From Proteromonas lacertae (taxonomy: Eukaryota): a DNA stretch of 20,000 nucleotides. The DNA lies in NCBI GenBank assembly GCA_002245135.1, contig NGBS01001166.1, forward strand, positions 230,222-250,221, given 5' to 3'. The translations under genes and the position numbers were made by a program. Shown piece by piece: positions 1 to 10,751 of this stretch. Within the stretch, counting starts at the first letter, position 1, and every line of letters starts with the position of its first letter. Under the pieces are notes generated by a model that saw only the letters and a list, made by a program, of their open reading frames with translations, was not told the DNA's origin and made no database searches.

Positions 1-3000
1 ATTTTCATAGAGGTCAATCACTATTTCTATTTTTAGAGAATGCCAAGAATATTGGATTTAAAGGTCATGTTGATTTACACAAATTATTGACATTGACACA
101 ATTTTCATTCAAATCATCAACTATTACCTTATTACCAAATCTAAGACTATCTAATAGAATATCACTCTCTAAAATAGATAATAGTAATAAATTTATTCCA
201 ATACAGAGTATTCCAGGAATTAATGGCATATATTATAGCGATATATTAGATAATCAATATGAAATGATATGTGACATAACAAACTACAATGATGAAGTTA
301 AATCAACTGATTATTACGTTATATTAATAACATATTTAACTGGAGATTTATCAAAATATGATTCAAGTGTTAAAACTGGATTAAAAATAGCATTAGAAAT
401 ATTAAACAATGATAATCCAATATTGAACAGAAATACTCATCCAATCTATATGGATGCAAATAGTAATAACTTAAATGATGAAATAATTCATTATATTAAT
501 TCATTTAATGTTATTGCTATTTATACTACAATGGAATTTACTGATTTTGAAGTATTTACAAATACTGCAAATGAAACAATATTTGAAACTCCATTTATAT
601 ATCTCAATCTAGTACCAAACGAAATAGTGAGTGATAAATACTTCTTAAATGGAATGAATATAGGAAATTTATGGAGAGAAACTAAAACAGCATTAAATCC
701 TAAAAACATATTCTTTATAGGCAGTAAAGGAACAGTATCAGCAAATGCAATATCTTATATATCCTATGATGCTTCATTGAATGGAATTAATGTTAGAGGT
801 AGTTATATATTAGATAGTAATACATACGAACATGCTGTAAATGCGTGTAATGAGATTGAAGCAGAATGTAAACTACATAGTGATTGTTATATTATTACAT
901 TTATGGAAAGGAATTATACTTTGAAGTTTTATGAAGAATATAAGATTGCAAGATTAATATATCCAATTGTGTCTTATAATTTAGATGAATTAATGATTAA
1001 TTCTGTTAATAAAACATATGTATAATTATATTTTTCTTTTTATATTGTATTTAGTATGAAAACCATTATGTTATTGGATATTTCTTCAATGAAATGGAAC
1101 TATCAGATGATGTTGATAATCGATTAAGCGATTACATTAAATCAAATTCATTTTATAAAGATTTTATTGTTACTTCAAACACAGCTATTTTATATTCAGA
1201 AATAATGCTATTATCATCTGTATATTATTGTATTCTAAATTATATGAATAGGTTATTGATATTACAAGGCAAATATCCAAAGAAAAGATTAAATATTCAA
1301 TGAAATATGGTTATGTAATAGGCATAGGAGGTGTAATAAAAGGAAATGATGAAGGATATGCTGATTTTAATGTTCATACAGGAAAGATTAGTAATGGAAA
1401 GATAGAAGAAATTAGTAAATCATTTTTTGTAGAAGTATCAGCTGTCTTTAGTGATTCAACCAAATATTATGATAGAGATTCAAACCAGATTAAAACAAGA
1501 GAAGTTAAGACAATATCTTTCTTATATGTGAGAAATGAAAAGAATGAAGATAGAATCAATCATTATGTATTATATGATTCATTTGTGATTGAATATTTGA
1601 ATAATCAATACAATGGTGTAGCTGGTTATAGAATAAGAACAGCATTTCCTGAATTATATAGTAATGAAGACTTAAAGAATTATGTTCAATCTGTTGCTAA
1701 TAGTGATGATTTATTGTTATTTGTTGGTACTTTGACTTTTGAAGAGAGAGAATCAATTCAACAGCTGTTGATTGATAGTAATAAGTTGTTATTGAGTATT
1801 CATCCTGCTGTTGGAAATCAATGTTATAGAAATATTATTCAAATATCATTTTTTTTCGTTTATTTTTAGCATTTATCTGTTTCTATAATTCTAGTTTATT
1901 TTGGAGTATTGCCTCAACATTATATATTTACAATTATTGCATATTGGTATAAACACAGTAATAATTGCATTATGATATATGGAGATAATGAAGTTAATAA
2001 ACACACAGCAAATTACACTTTAAAATACACTGAAGAAATAAAGAATTATAAATGTGTTGGTGTATATGTATCAGATAATTCAAATCTTACAGAAATCATT
2101 GAAAATGAAATTGTCAATAAATATACTGATGGTGCTGCAATAATAACAGCTTTAGATGAAAGAACAGAATCATTTCTAATAGAAATGAGTAATTATAGTA
2201 GCAGTAATAATTATCTTTATCCAATTATAATCACTGATTATATTGAATATAAATACTTCGAATTAAAATATAAAGAATATTATGAGAACGTTTATTTTAC
2301 ATCATCTTATTCATATCATTTAGATAATGAAGAAACAAGAACAATGTCAGAAACTATTACTAGTTACTATGGCAAATCAAAAGAACTAATGACAACAACA
2401 ACACTTACATTATATTCTGCTTTGAGACTATTTACTGAAAGTTATCCAAATAATTATAACAACAACAGCAATGAAATAAGATATAACATGTATGATACTG
2501 TTATTACATCTCCAATGGGTAAGATTATTGTTGATACAAGTAATCTAATGAGAATGTATACAATGATGATTCAGATAAAGAATAATAACAGTGAAATAAT
2601 ACTAAGTTCTGATTATAGCTATTATGAATCACAATTTGCAGATATTGTATAATTTATCATTATATATATATTAATAATAGTTTAATAATGAATATTTAAC
2701 ATGTCATTTTGAAGAAGGTTCAATATCTGATGTAATAAAGGAAGAGGTTCAAGAAATAGGTATTTGGCTTGAAGATGATGAAAGTGTTAGATTCACAGTT
2801 CAAGAATATCTCTATTATAATAAGTTCACATATGGAACTACTTATGTTGAAAAAACAGTATATTGTTCTGATGAAGAATCGATATTTAAAATGGTTAATG
2901 ATAGTTCAATATCATATATACTTTCAACATGTAATAGAACAGTCAATTCAAATATTGCTGAAGTTGCTAATGAGAAGAATGTAAATATATTCATTTTAGA

Positions 3001-3044
3001 AGATCAATATGAACCAATATGTGAAAAGAGATTGTATATAATAT

Positions 3045-3076
<32 letters not shown>

Positions 3077-6000
3077 GAAATAGTATGGTATTAGGATCTT
3101 CTCCTTCACAAAGACTCATTCCTCTAATTCAATATTTATTTACAGTAGTTGATTCAAATGTATATGTCATTATTCCACTTGCTTTCAACAATTCAATTGA
3201 AATTGATATGATACAAACCACAGTTGATGTAAATGGAGGTAAAGTAATTCAAATCCTATTCATTGATGAAGAAGATGATAGTAAAAATGTGGCAAATGAA
3301 GTGAAAATCAGTAGTTTAATAGCTTCAATTTATAGAAATGGCAATACAGGTGGTATTATACTCAATTACCTTCATAAATATGATAAATACTTATTTATAT
3401 ATCTTGAAAATATGTTAAAATATCATACGCTTGGTCAAAATGAAAAAGAATCTGAATTTATCATTGTTTCAATGGATATTGATAGAATCTTGGATATTGA
3501 AAATCCAAAGTTATTGGATAATCATGTTGCTTTAGGTGTGTCATACATAAGTAAAGAAACTAGTAAATTCTTATATGATATAAGTACAAATACATATGGA
3601 GAAGGAAATATATTAAAGAAAATAGAATCAAGAGGTTTAATTGCTATTGAATTTATATTAACTGTTAGTGTATTATTAGAGAATAGTGAAAATCATGATT
3701 TCATGGATTATATTCATATCAATGAGATTACCACATCTTTAGGAAATATTAGAATTGATTATGATAATTATTTTCCTTCAATAGTTTCCATATATGTTGC
3801 AAATACTACAAATATATTACATATAAGATATGTTTTATCCAACCAATGGCCTGGTGAAACTTATAGAATAACTTATCAAAATATCACATTATTTCCTTTT
3901 TGTGATGTTACAAATAAGAATAAAATTCAAGATAGATTGTCTATTAATGTCATTCTATTTGTTCCATTGCCAAGTAATTATAAATTAGAAGGATATAGAA
4001 TGTTACTCTCTTACTTATCAATAATTGATTATATTAACAAAAACTACAGAGTTAATGGGTTATATATAAATCCAATCGTTATTGATACAAAGGGAGGGTA
4101 TGAAATAGTTAGAGAGGTATTATCAAAGATGTCAATAGAATATAACACCAAAATAGCATTGGGAATTGATAATAGTTTGAATAGGAAAGAAATAGCAAAT
4201 GAATTAGATGATTATGATGTATTATTAGTATATCCAAATGATTTTGAAGGATATGAATGCAAAGAGAATATTATATACGTTGGAGTTCCATTTGCAGCTA
4301 AAGTAACTTACTTACCATGGATCTTAGGTCATTTAAATAACAAAATTTATGTTGTTTATACAGATTCATATGATAATGATGTTATTTCTAAAATGATTAG
4401 TCATGAGTTGAATTTAAGAGGATATTCTATTGTTGGTATTTCAAAAGTACCAGAAACTAATTATATACTAAAAGAAGTGGTCAATATGGTACATATGAAG
4501 ATGAGAAATGGTGGTGTAATATTATCATTCTTAAAAGGAAATGCAGCTAAAGAATTATACAAAGCATGTTATGATGAAGATATTAAATATCCAAATTACT
4601 ATATTATAAGCGATAATTTGAATGTAGCAAATATAAATAATGATGAAGGAGTGTATATGATGAATCATTATATATGGAATACTTATCCTGAAGAGTATTA
4701 TGATGTGGAAGAATATGTTAATGTTTATAACAACAAGTATACATTCATTACAAATCATACAACTAGTTTCGTTCCTGCATTTCTTTCTGTTAAAATATTA
4801 GCATTAGCATTTCAACATATTACATTCAATGAGAATTATTCTTCTGCTTTTACAGTTGATTCTATTCTCAATAAAGTTCATAATGTTTCAACATCACAGA
4901 TTAAAATATATAACAACAATTTCGCATCTTTTACTTTGAGTATAAAACAGATTAAATATAATGAAACTTCAAAACAGTGTTATGGAGATATAATCTATAA
5001 ATATCAATCAAATTCAGAACCAAATCCTTGGGCATCTACTTACAATCTAAATGGTAAATTTATATGTGATTGGAATGAATCAAATCCAAATAAAAATGAA
5101 ACAATTCCAGTGGATGCTGTTTCAATTGCATTAGTATTTCCATTAAGTGATCTGGAATTAGGTAGTTATGCAACTGATATATTAGAATCAGCCATATCAA
5201 CATTATCTGAAATAAATGATAAAAATGGAGGTGTTAATGGTTTGTATATTGATTACATTGTTTTTGATTATAAATATGAAACTGAATCAATACTAACTAA
5301 GATTGCTTATGATATATTAGAGAATGAAAATATTGTGTCTGTTTTTGGATGTTTGAGTGAAACTTGTAAGAATATTATTTCCAGTATATTGCAACAGAAA
5401 TCAATTTCATTATGGTATCCAGGAACAGCATATTGTCTCAGATATGATATCTAAAATTGGTAATATAAGAACAGCAGTATTCTTTTATTTAAGTGGATCT
5501 TTATCATCATCAGTTTTACATGAAATAGAAAATCAAGGTATTAGTTTATCTACAGTTAATCTAATTCTAATGAGATTTTCAAAAGCTGATTATTCAGATG
5601 AATTATTGATGAAATTATCAGGAGCTTTAATACCAGCAACTTATTCTTCAGATTTATCAAGTCCATTAGCAAGATCATTTCAATCAGATATGAAAGGTGG
5701 ATTAGGAAATACAGTAGAAATACCAGAAGAAATGGAATATGTATATTCAGCCTTGCATTTATGGAAAAATAGTTTAGAAACTAGTATAAAAGACAGTGGA
5801 GGTGATATAAACCCGCCAATTGAATATATTCGATTGAATATGATTGATAAAACATTTACATCTCCATCTGGTCCAATGATCTTAGATAAAACATTATATG
5901 TAAAGAGAAGTATGTATGTATTTAGAGTTAGTGATGATGGTAAATTTATTCAAATATATCCAAAGACAGGATCAACTGTATTATATGATCCAATTCCATA

Positions 6001-7248
6001 TCCAGATGGTGTTCCAGCAGAATGTAATTTTGGTAAAAAGAAAGTATATTTTGAATATAATACCATGATGAAAGCTGTTGCTTATGTGTTAATGAGTATT
6101 GCAATAGTTTTATCATTTTGGTCATTGTTATTCACATATGCATCAAGAAATAAAATGATTATTAAATCATTTGGTAGATCTTATAGTTTTATATTTGCAG
6201 TACAGTTGTTGATACTATCATTAGCAGTAATACCAATGGCAATTGCACCAACTAAAAGTAATGGGATTTGCACAGCAAGAGTTGTATTCTTAGGTTTATG
6301 TGTAAAAGGAGTGTTAGGTTTAATGATAGCTAAATGTATGAAAATATATAACAGATATAGAAGATTGAAAAGAAACATTAAAAAGAGTAGAATAAAAATG
6401 GTTAGATTATTATTTACTTGGTTGTTTTTTGAATTATTAGAATCATTAATATTGATATTGTGGTTTACTTTAGATCCAAATGAATATGAAGAAACGTATA
6501 GTCAATCTCTCAGTGGTTATTTTTTCGATGAGTATATTAGAGAATGTACTACATCAACTCCATTTTTGTATATAATATCTATTATATATTTCATGAATAT
6601 ATTTCTAGAATCGTTGAATTTATTACTGATGGAATTCCATTAATAATTCTGTTATATATCACTAATGTAATAAAGAATAAAATTAATGATCATAATGAAG
6701 GAACAGCAATGTTTATTTCTAGTTGTGTGATATATATCTTTTTTTCATTAACATTTATCTTGTTATTAGCTTCATCTTAATGTTTTTTACCTGTTTTTGG
6801 TGTTGTTATGACTGTATTAGATTTTTATGTTAATTCAGAACCTAATACTGTTTTGTTATTAAGAGCAATGGGAATTGAAATTACTCAAATTTTAATGATT
6901 ATGTTACAATATGGAAATATCTTTTTTTTTACACAATTTTCTTAATGATGTTATTTAATTCTATTGTTTACTAAAAATGATTAATGTTTATATTGATGAT
7001 GATTCAAACAGAATAACACAATCAGGCAGCCAAGCAAGTAAAACTGAAAAGAAATATCCTTTTCATATCTTATTCATCCTATTTATTTTCTTAATTTATT
7101 CAATCTGTTAGATTCTTCCCATCATTCTTCTAACTCTCAAAACAAAACTCAAACCTCTACATTCCTTACATCACACATGAAATCTATGTTTACAACATCT
7201 ACATTAAATGCAATTACAAAAAATCAATCATCAAGGAAGTTGTTATAA
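1..7248 (+). CDS. Giant class C-like GPCR: >=5 tandem UrtA/AmiC-like periplasmic-binding (Venus flytrap) domains + 7TM; 5'-partial; one internal frameshift/deletion near 5430
   Basis: Hand-spliced exons: <3-1019, 1055-1219, 1252-1842, 1900-2646, 2681-3033, 3084-6567 (frameshift ~5430), 6609-6733, 6791-6916, 6972-7053, 7104-7248. GT-AG introns 1020-1054, 1220-1251, 2647-2680, 3034-3083 and 6568-6608 each restore the frame. UrtA/AmiC-like motifs: LSEINDKNGGVNGLYIDYIVFD, VFGCLSETCK, LLVYPNDFEGYECKENIIYVG, SPSGPMILD, EPNPW..ICDW. Class C 7TM motifs: IIKS (ICL1), CTARVVFLGL..LMIAKCMKIY (TM3), LILWFTLDP (TM4), ECL2 Cys, HNEGTAM before TM6, LQYGIK at the end of TM7. Confidence 0.85.
1843..1899 (+). 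other. Probable U12-type intron, AT-AT termini, 57 nt
   Basis: Starts ATATCATTTT; branch-like TTCTATAAT at 1881-1889; ends TTTAT. Removes the in-frame TAG at 1867-1869 and gives CYRNIIQ|FGVLPQH, matching the repeat copy ECKENIIYVGVP. Confidence 0.7.
3050..3076 (+). repeat. (TAT)9 microsatellite inside GT-AG intron 3034-3083
   Basis: Directly visible; explains the poly-Tyr in ORF 2891..3094. Confidence 0.9.
6734..6790 (+). other. U12-type AT-AC intron, 57 nt
   Basis: Starts ATATCTTTTT; branch-like CATCTTAAT at 6773-6781; ends TTTTAC. Removes the in-frame TAA at 6778-6780 and gives continuous TM6 SSCVISVFGVVMTVLDFYV. Confidence 0.85.
6917..6971 (+). other. U12-type AT-AC intron, 55 nt
   Basis: Starts ATATCTTTTT; branch-like TTTTCTTAAT (6937-6946) or TTATTTAAT (6951-6959); ends TTTAC. 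Restores the frame to LQYGIKMINVY, the class C TM7/helix 8 junction. Confidence 0.85.
7054..7103 (+). other. Probable U12-type intron, AT-AA termini, 50 nt (alternative AG acceptor at 7111)
   Basis: Consensus U12 donor ATATCCTTTT; branch TTTTCTTAAT at 7086-7095. The AA acceptor at 7103 opens a Ser/Thr-rich tail (NLLDSSHHSSNSQ...SSRKLL, stop 7246-7248). Confidence 0.65.
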
Positions 7249-7302
7249 TAATTGTTTTATTTTTATTATTTTTAGTATTAAACACACAAAATAGTCAAAT
7301 AA

Positions 7303-10300
7303 CTATTTAATATTATAAAAATGGTTTGATAATTCTTTCTTTAATTCTTTACCAATTCCATCTATTGTTATTGATTTAAGTGATGAAAACGATTTTAAAA
7401 ACGATACTAATTCTAATTTATCTATCTCTTCTTTTATTGTTATTGTTAATAGACTTAAACATTCAAACACTTCTTTGTCTTCTGTCATCAATCTTAATTC
7501 TTCTTCATTTAACTTATTTCCTGATAGATTTATCTTCTGCAATGGCTTATGAACTTTTAATCTTTCTATTAACATTTTTAATCCTCTTTCACTCATTCCT
7601 ATATCTATTTCAATTAAAAAACTATGTTATATTCATAAAATACTTGAAATATTTAATATTAATGAATAATTATCATCAATAAATTTATCAAAATTTTCAC
7701 AAATAATCTCTATTCCTTCATCTCCAATTGGATTGTTAAATATTGAAATATAATTTAAATCTTTTGGTATAGATTGAATTAATTCTGATAATCCTTTATA
7801 ACTGATATGATTATTGGATAAATCAAGTGTTTCATAATCAATCTGTTTTATGATGGGAATGTGAGAATCATTGATATTTAAATCTATTGCATTATATACC
7901 TTGATTTAATACTGGATAAATCATAGTATTTATACATATCACTTTTTTTAGTACAATAGTCTAGATAATACTCCAATTCTTTATTTTTCCAAGATGAATT
8001 TTTCATCTGAATGAACGGATATTCTTCATTTTCTAACGATTTTGAACATATTGATTTTAATCCATTCATTTTGATATTATTCTCATTGAGATTAATTACA
8101 TTACACTCTCCAATTAAATATAATATATCTGTAAACATTACGGCACTTTCATCATTTATTGATGTATTACTCAAATTAAGATCACTGTCTATCATTATAT
8201 CCAACTTCTCTTCCAACAATTTTAATCCAATATTACCAATCGGATTATCTATTACACAGAATAATAAAGATTATATAACAATATATATATATATATATAT
8301 ATACTGTTAATAATTAATTGTTCAATATTATCATTCTCTTTCACATAATTCATTAAATAATCTATACCTTTTGAATCAATATTATTATCAGCTAAATCAA
8401 GTACTTCAATCTTTTCATCAGCAATTCTTAAACCATCAACTAAATATTTCATTCCTAATGACGATAATCCCATTTCTATAAAACATTTATAAAACAACAA
8501 ACTATACTCGAACAATTCAGATAACTTCCTAATAAATGGATATGCAGAGATAAAATTCTCATTCCTTCATCTCCTATTTCATTTTCATATAATTGAAGTT
8601 CTTTTAGATTTGGAAATGAAGATAAATTGTTTATCAGTATTTCTACACTTTCACATGTCAGATTATTATCTAAACAAATGGAAATTTAAAAACATACAAC
8701 TCAAATCTAACACTTCTATTTCTTTAAATTCATTTAATCTTAAAGTAATGAATGATTTGAAAAAATCATCATTAATTCCACAATGATTCAGATTTAATCC
8801 ATTATTTTTGTATTTGACAAATTTAATTAACTCTGGAATATCTTTGTCAATCAACAATTCTTTATTTCTTCCATAAATATCAAATACTATTTTTGAAATA
8901 GAAAATTTTGAGAATACTGCTTTTAATCCACTAGAATAAATATCCCAGTTGTATGTAATATTTATTTTCTTTAGATTTGGATATTTAAATAACTCTTCTG
9001 ATAATATTATCATTGATTTATCATTTAAATTCATTCCACAAAGATTCAATTCATTCTTGTCATTTATTAATAAATGAAATATGGAATTAATAATTTGAAT
9101 CCTATTGGACCAATTGGATTATCTATTTCATAATAATCAATACAAATAGAAAAAAATCAATACATTCAAGATTTACATATTTAAGTTTCATAAATGGAAT
9201 TGATTTTACAAATGATTCTATAAAACGATATGTAAGATTACAACTACATAAATTCAACTCTTGCAGATTTGATATTTGATTATATAATGCTCCAAATAAA
9301 GGCTGGTATCTGATCTGAATATCAAGAATTTCTAAACAAGTAAATAATACTACAATAATACCAAATTTTAGTTTTTTAAAATTGGATAGTTTTAGTAATC
9401 TAAAAAAATAATCCATCCCTTCTTCACATAAACAAACACAAAGTTTATTAGCAATGACTCTTTCATTTAAATAATGAAGAAGGAGATTGAAAATCATTTC
9501 ATCTAAACAACAAATCTTGTTTTCTTTGTTTTTGTGATAAATTTGAAATTTCAGTTTATCTTTTATTGATTCATCTCTTTTGATTAGTTTCATCATTAAT
9601 AATATCGATAATATTCTATCATTTGGTTTATTGTTGTAAGATTCAATCAAACCATCTCTCATTAATTCATTCTTATTATATTCTATATAATAGTCTCTTT
9701 GAGTATCTAATGGAGTTATTTCTAGTAAATAATCATTATTGAAGAATGTATATTTTCTTTCATTATATATCATTATATTATTATTTTCATCTCTAAATAT
9801 TTCACTCACTTTTATCATTTCTTTTCTCAACTCTTTTAAACTCAATCTTTCTTCATTCTTCACATTCAACATTCTCTCCATCATCTCTTCCATCATATCA
9901 TCACATTCTACATCTATACGATATTTACATCTCAGAATTTTATTCAGTGTTCTGTTGATATTATTATCTTCATTAAATGGTAATTTTTTGTTTATCATTT
10001 CATATAATATACAGCCAATAGACCAAATCACACTTTTATCATTACATTCTAATCCATTCAATTCTTCAGGGCTTTTGAAGCAGATATCATATAATCTTAT
10101 ATCTTCTTCTTTTCTCAATGTGTTTAAAAACAAATCACAGATCTTTATTTCACCTTCACTTTCATATACTATGTTACTACTCTTCAAATTGTTTATTATT
10201 ACATCATATTCACTCAATACCACTAATATATCACATATTGAACATATAATAGCACAAATATCACCAGTTATCAACGAATTATTATGAATTATTTCTTCTA

Positions 10301-10599
10301 AGTCTCTTTCATAATATTCTCTTGACAATATCATATGATCACCATATTTATTCATCTCAAACACTTTTGAAGGATATAATAACGATTTACAACTATCTAA
10401 CAACAAGGAGTCAGTCTCATAGAATTTTAATATATTCTTTTCTTTTATATCACTAACATTTAACATTTTCAATTTTTTAATATTACTTCCATATTCTACA
10501 ACTATATCTACTTCAGTTACACTCTTTTCTATTCTCTCTTTTAGCTAATAATAATAAATCAATAAAAATACATCTGAATTTGAGGGTAATATCGAGGAT
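7303..10599 (-). pseudogene. Protein kinase-like (probable pseudokinase) + RNI-like leucine-rich repeat gene; 5' end apparently interrupted by the Polinton; frameshift near 9080
   Basis: Exons 10599-10572, 10544-9362, 9331-9164, 9122-8698 (frameshift), 8669-8508, 8475-8305, 8248-7913, 7883-7644, 7604-7303, joined by GT-AG introns of 27, 30, 41, 28, 32, 56, 29 and 39 nt. Kinase motifs: INNLKSSNI, IKICDLF, SPEE, IWSIGCILYEM, ERLS. LRRs: LKELQLYENEIGDEGMRIL, IEVLDLADNNIDSKGIDYL, LQKINLSGNKL. Confidence 0.8.
8281..8303. repeat. (AT)n microsatellite inside minus-strand intron 8249-8304
   Basis: Directly visible; explains the IYIYIY runs in the ORF track. Confidence 0.9.
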
Positions 10600-10700
10600 A
10601 GTAATAATAATAGTAAATAAAGGTTCTGGCACACCGAGCCGTATGACTCGGGCTCCTGGCACACCGAACCAAACTTTTTAAAATTACGTGACATATGTCA
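10600..10700. repeat. Putative left terminal inverted repeat (inner boundary unknown); candidate 6-bp target site GAGGAT at 10594-10599
   Basis: Begins 5'-AG(T) with a short tandem repeat, as Polinton termini do. GC-rich patch with direct repeat CTGGCACACCGA (10626-10637, 10656-10667) and perfect palindrome TGACATATGTCA (10689-10700). Confidence 0.7.
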
Positions 10701-10751
10701 TATTAGGTCATAATTTATTTTTGCATTTTCTAGAATATTCTAATTTCATAT

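Noticed and set aside
1513..1523. ATATCTTTCTT as another U12 donor
   Set aside because: It lies in an open frame encoding the first beta-strand of a repeat (KTISFLYV); no stop or frameshift needs explaining.
5415..5441. GTATCC...AG as an intron rescuing the frameshift
   Set aside because: Excision of 27 nt creates TGA, does not change the frame, and removes the conserved WYPG motif.
87..5454. Bacterial urea/amide ABC transporter operon or contamination
   Set aside because: The fragments are joined by spliceosomal introns and fused to a eukaryotic 7TM; there are no permease or ATPase genes.
1867..6780. Stop-codon reassignment or readthrough (in-frame TAG 1867, TAA 6778)
   Set aside because: Both stops sit in T-rich segments bounded by U12-like signals. 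Reading through would insert ~19 extra residues out of register with the domain pattern, and TAA/TAG act as normal stops elsewhere.
521..10287. ORFs 521-709(-), 2769-2984(+), 4555-4758(-), 6181-6378(-), 7380-7682(+), 8011-8310(+), 9739-10287(+)
   Set aside because: Antisense or off-frame shadows of well-supported exons, with I/L/F/S-biased composition.
10626..10670. CRISPR-like or tRNA/ncRNA structure
   Set aside because: Only two 12-15 bp repeats, no cloverleaf, and a eukaryotic context; better explained as a TIR substructure.
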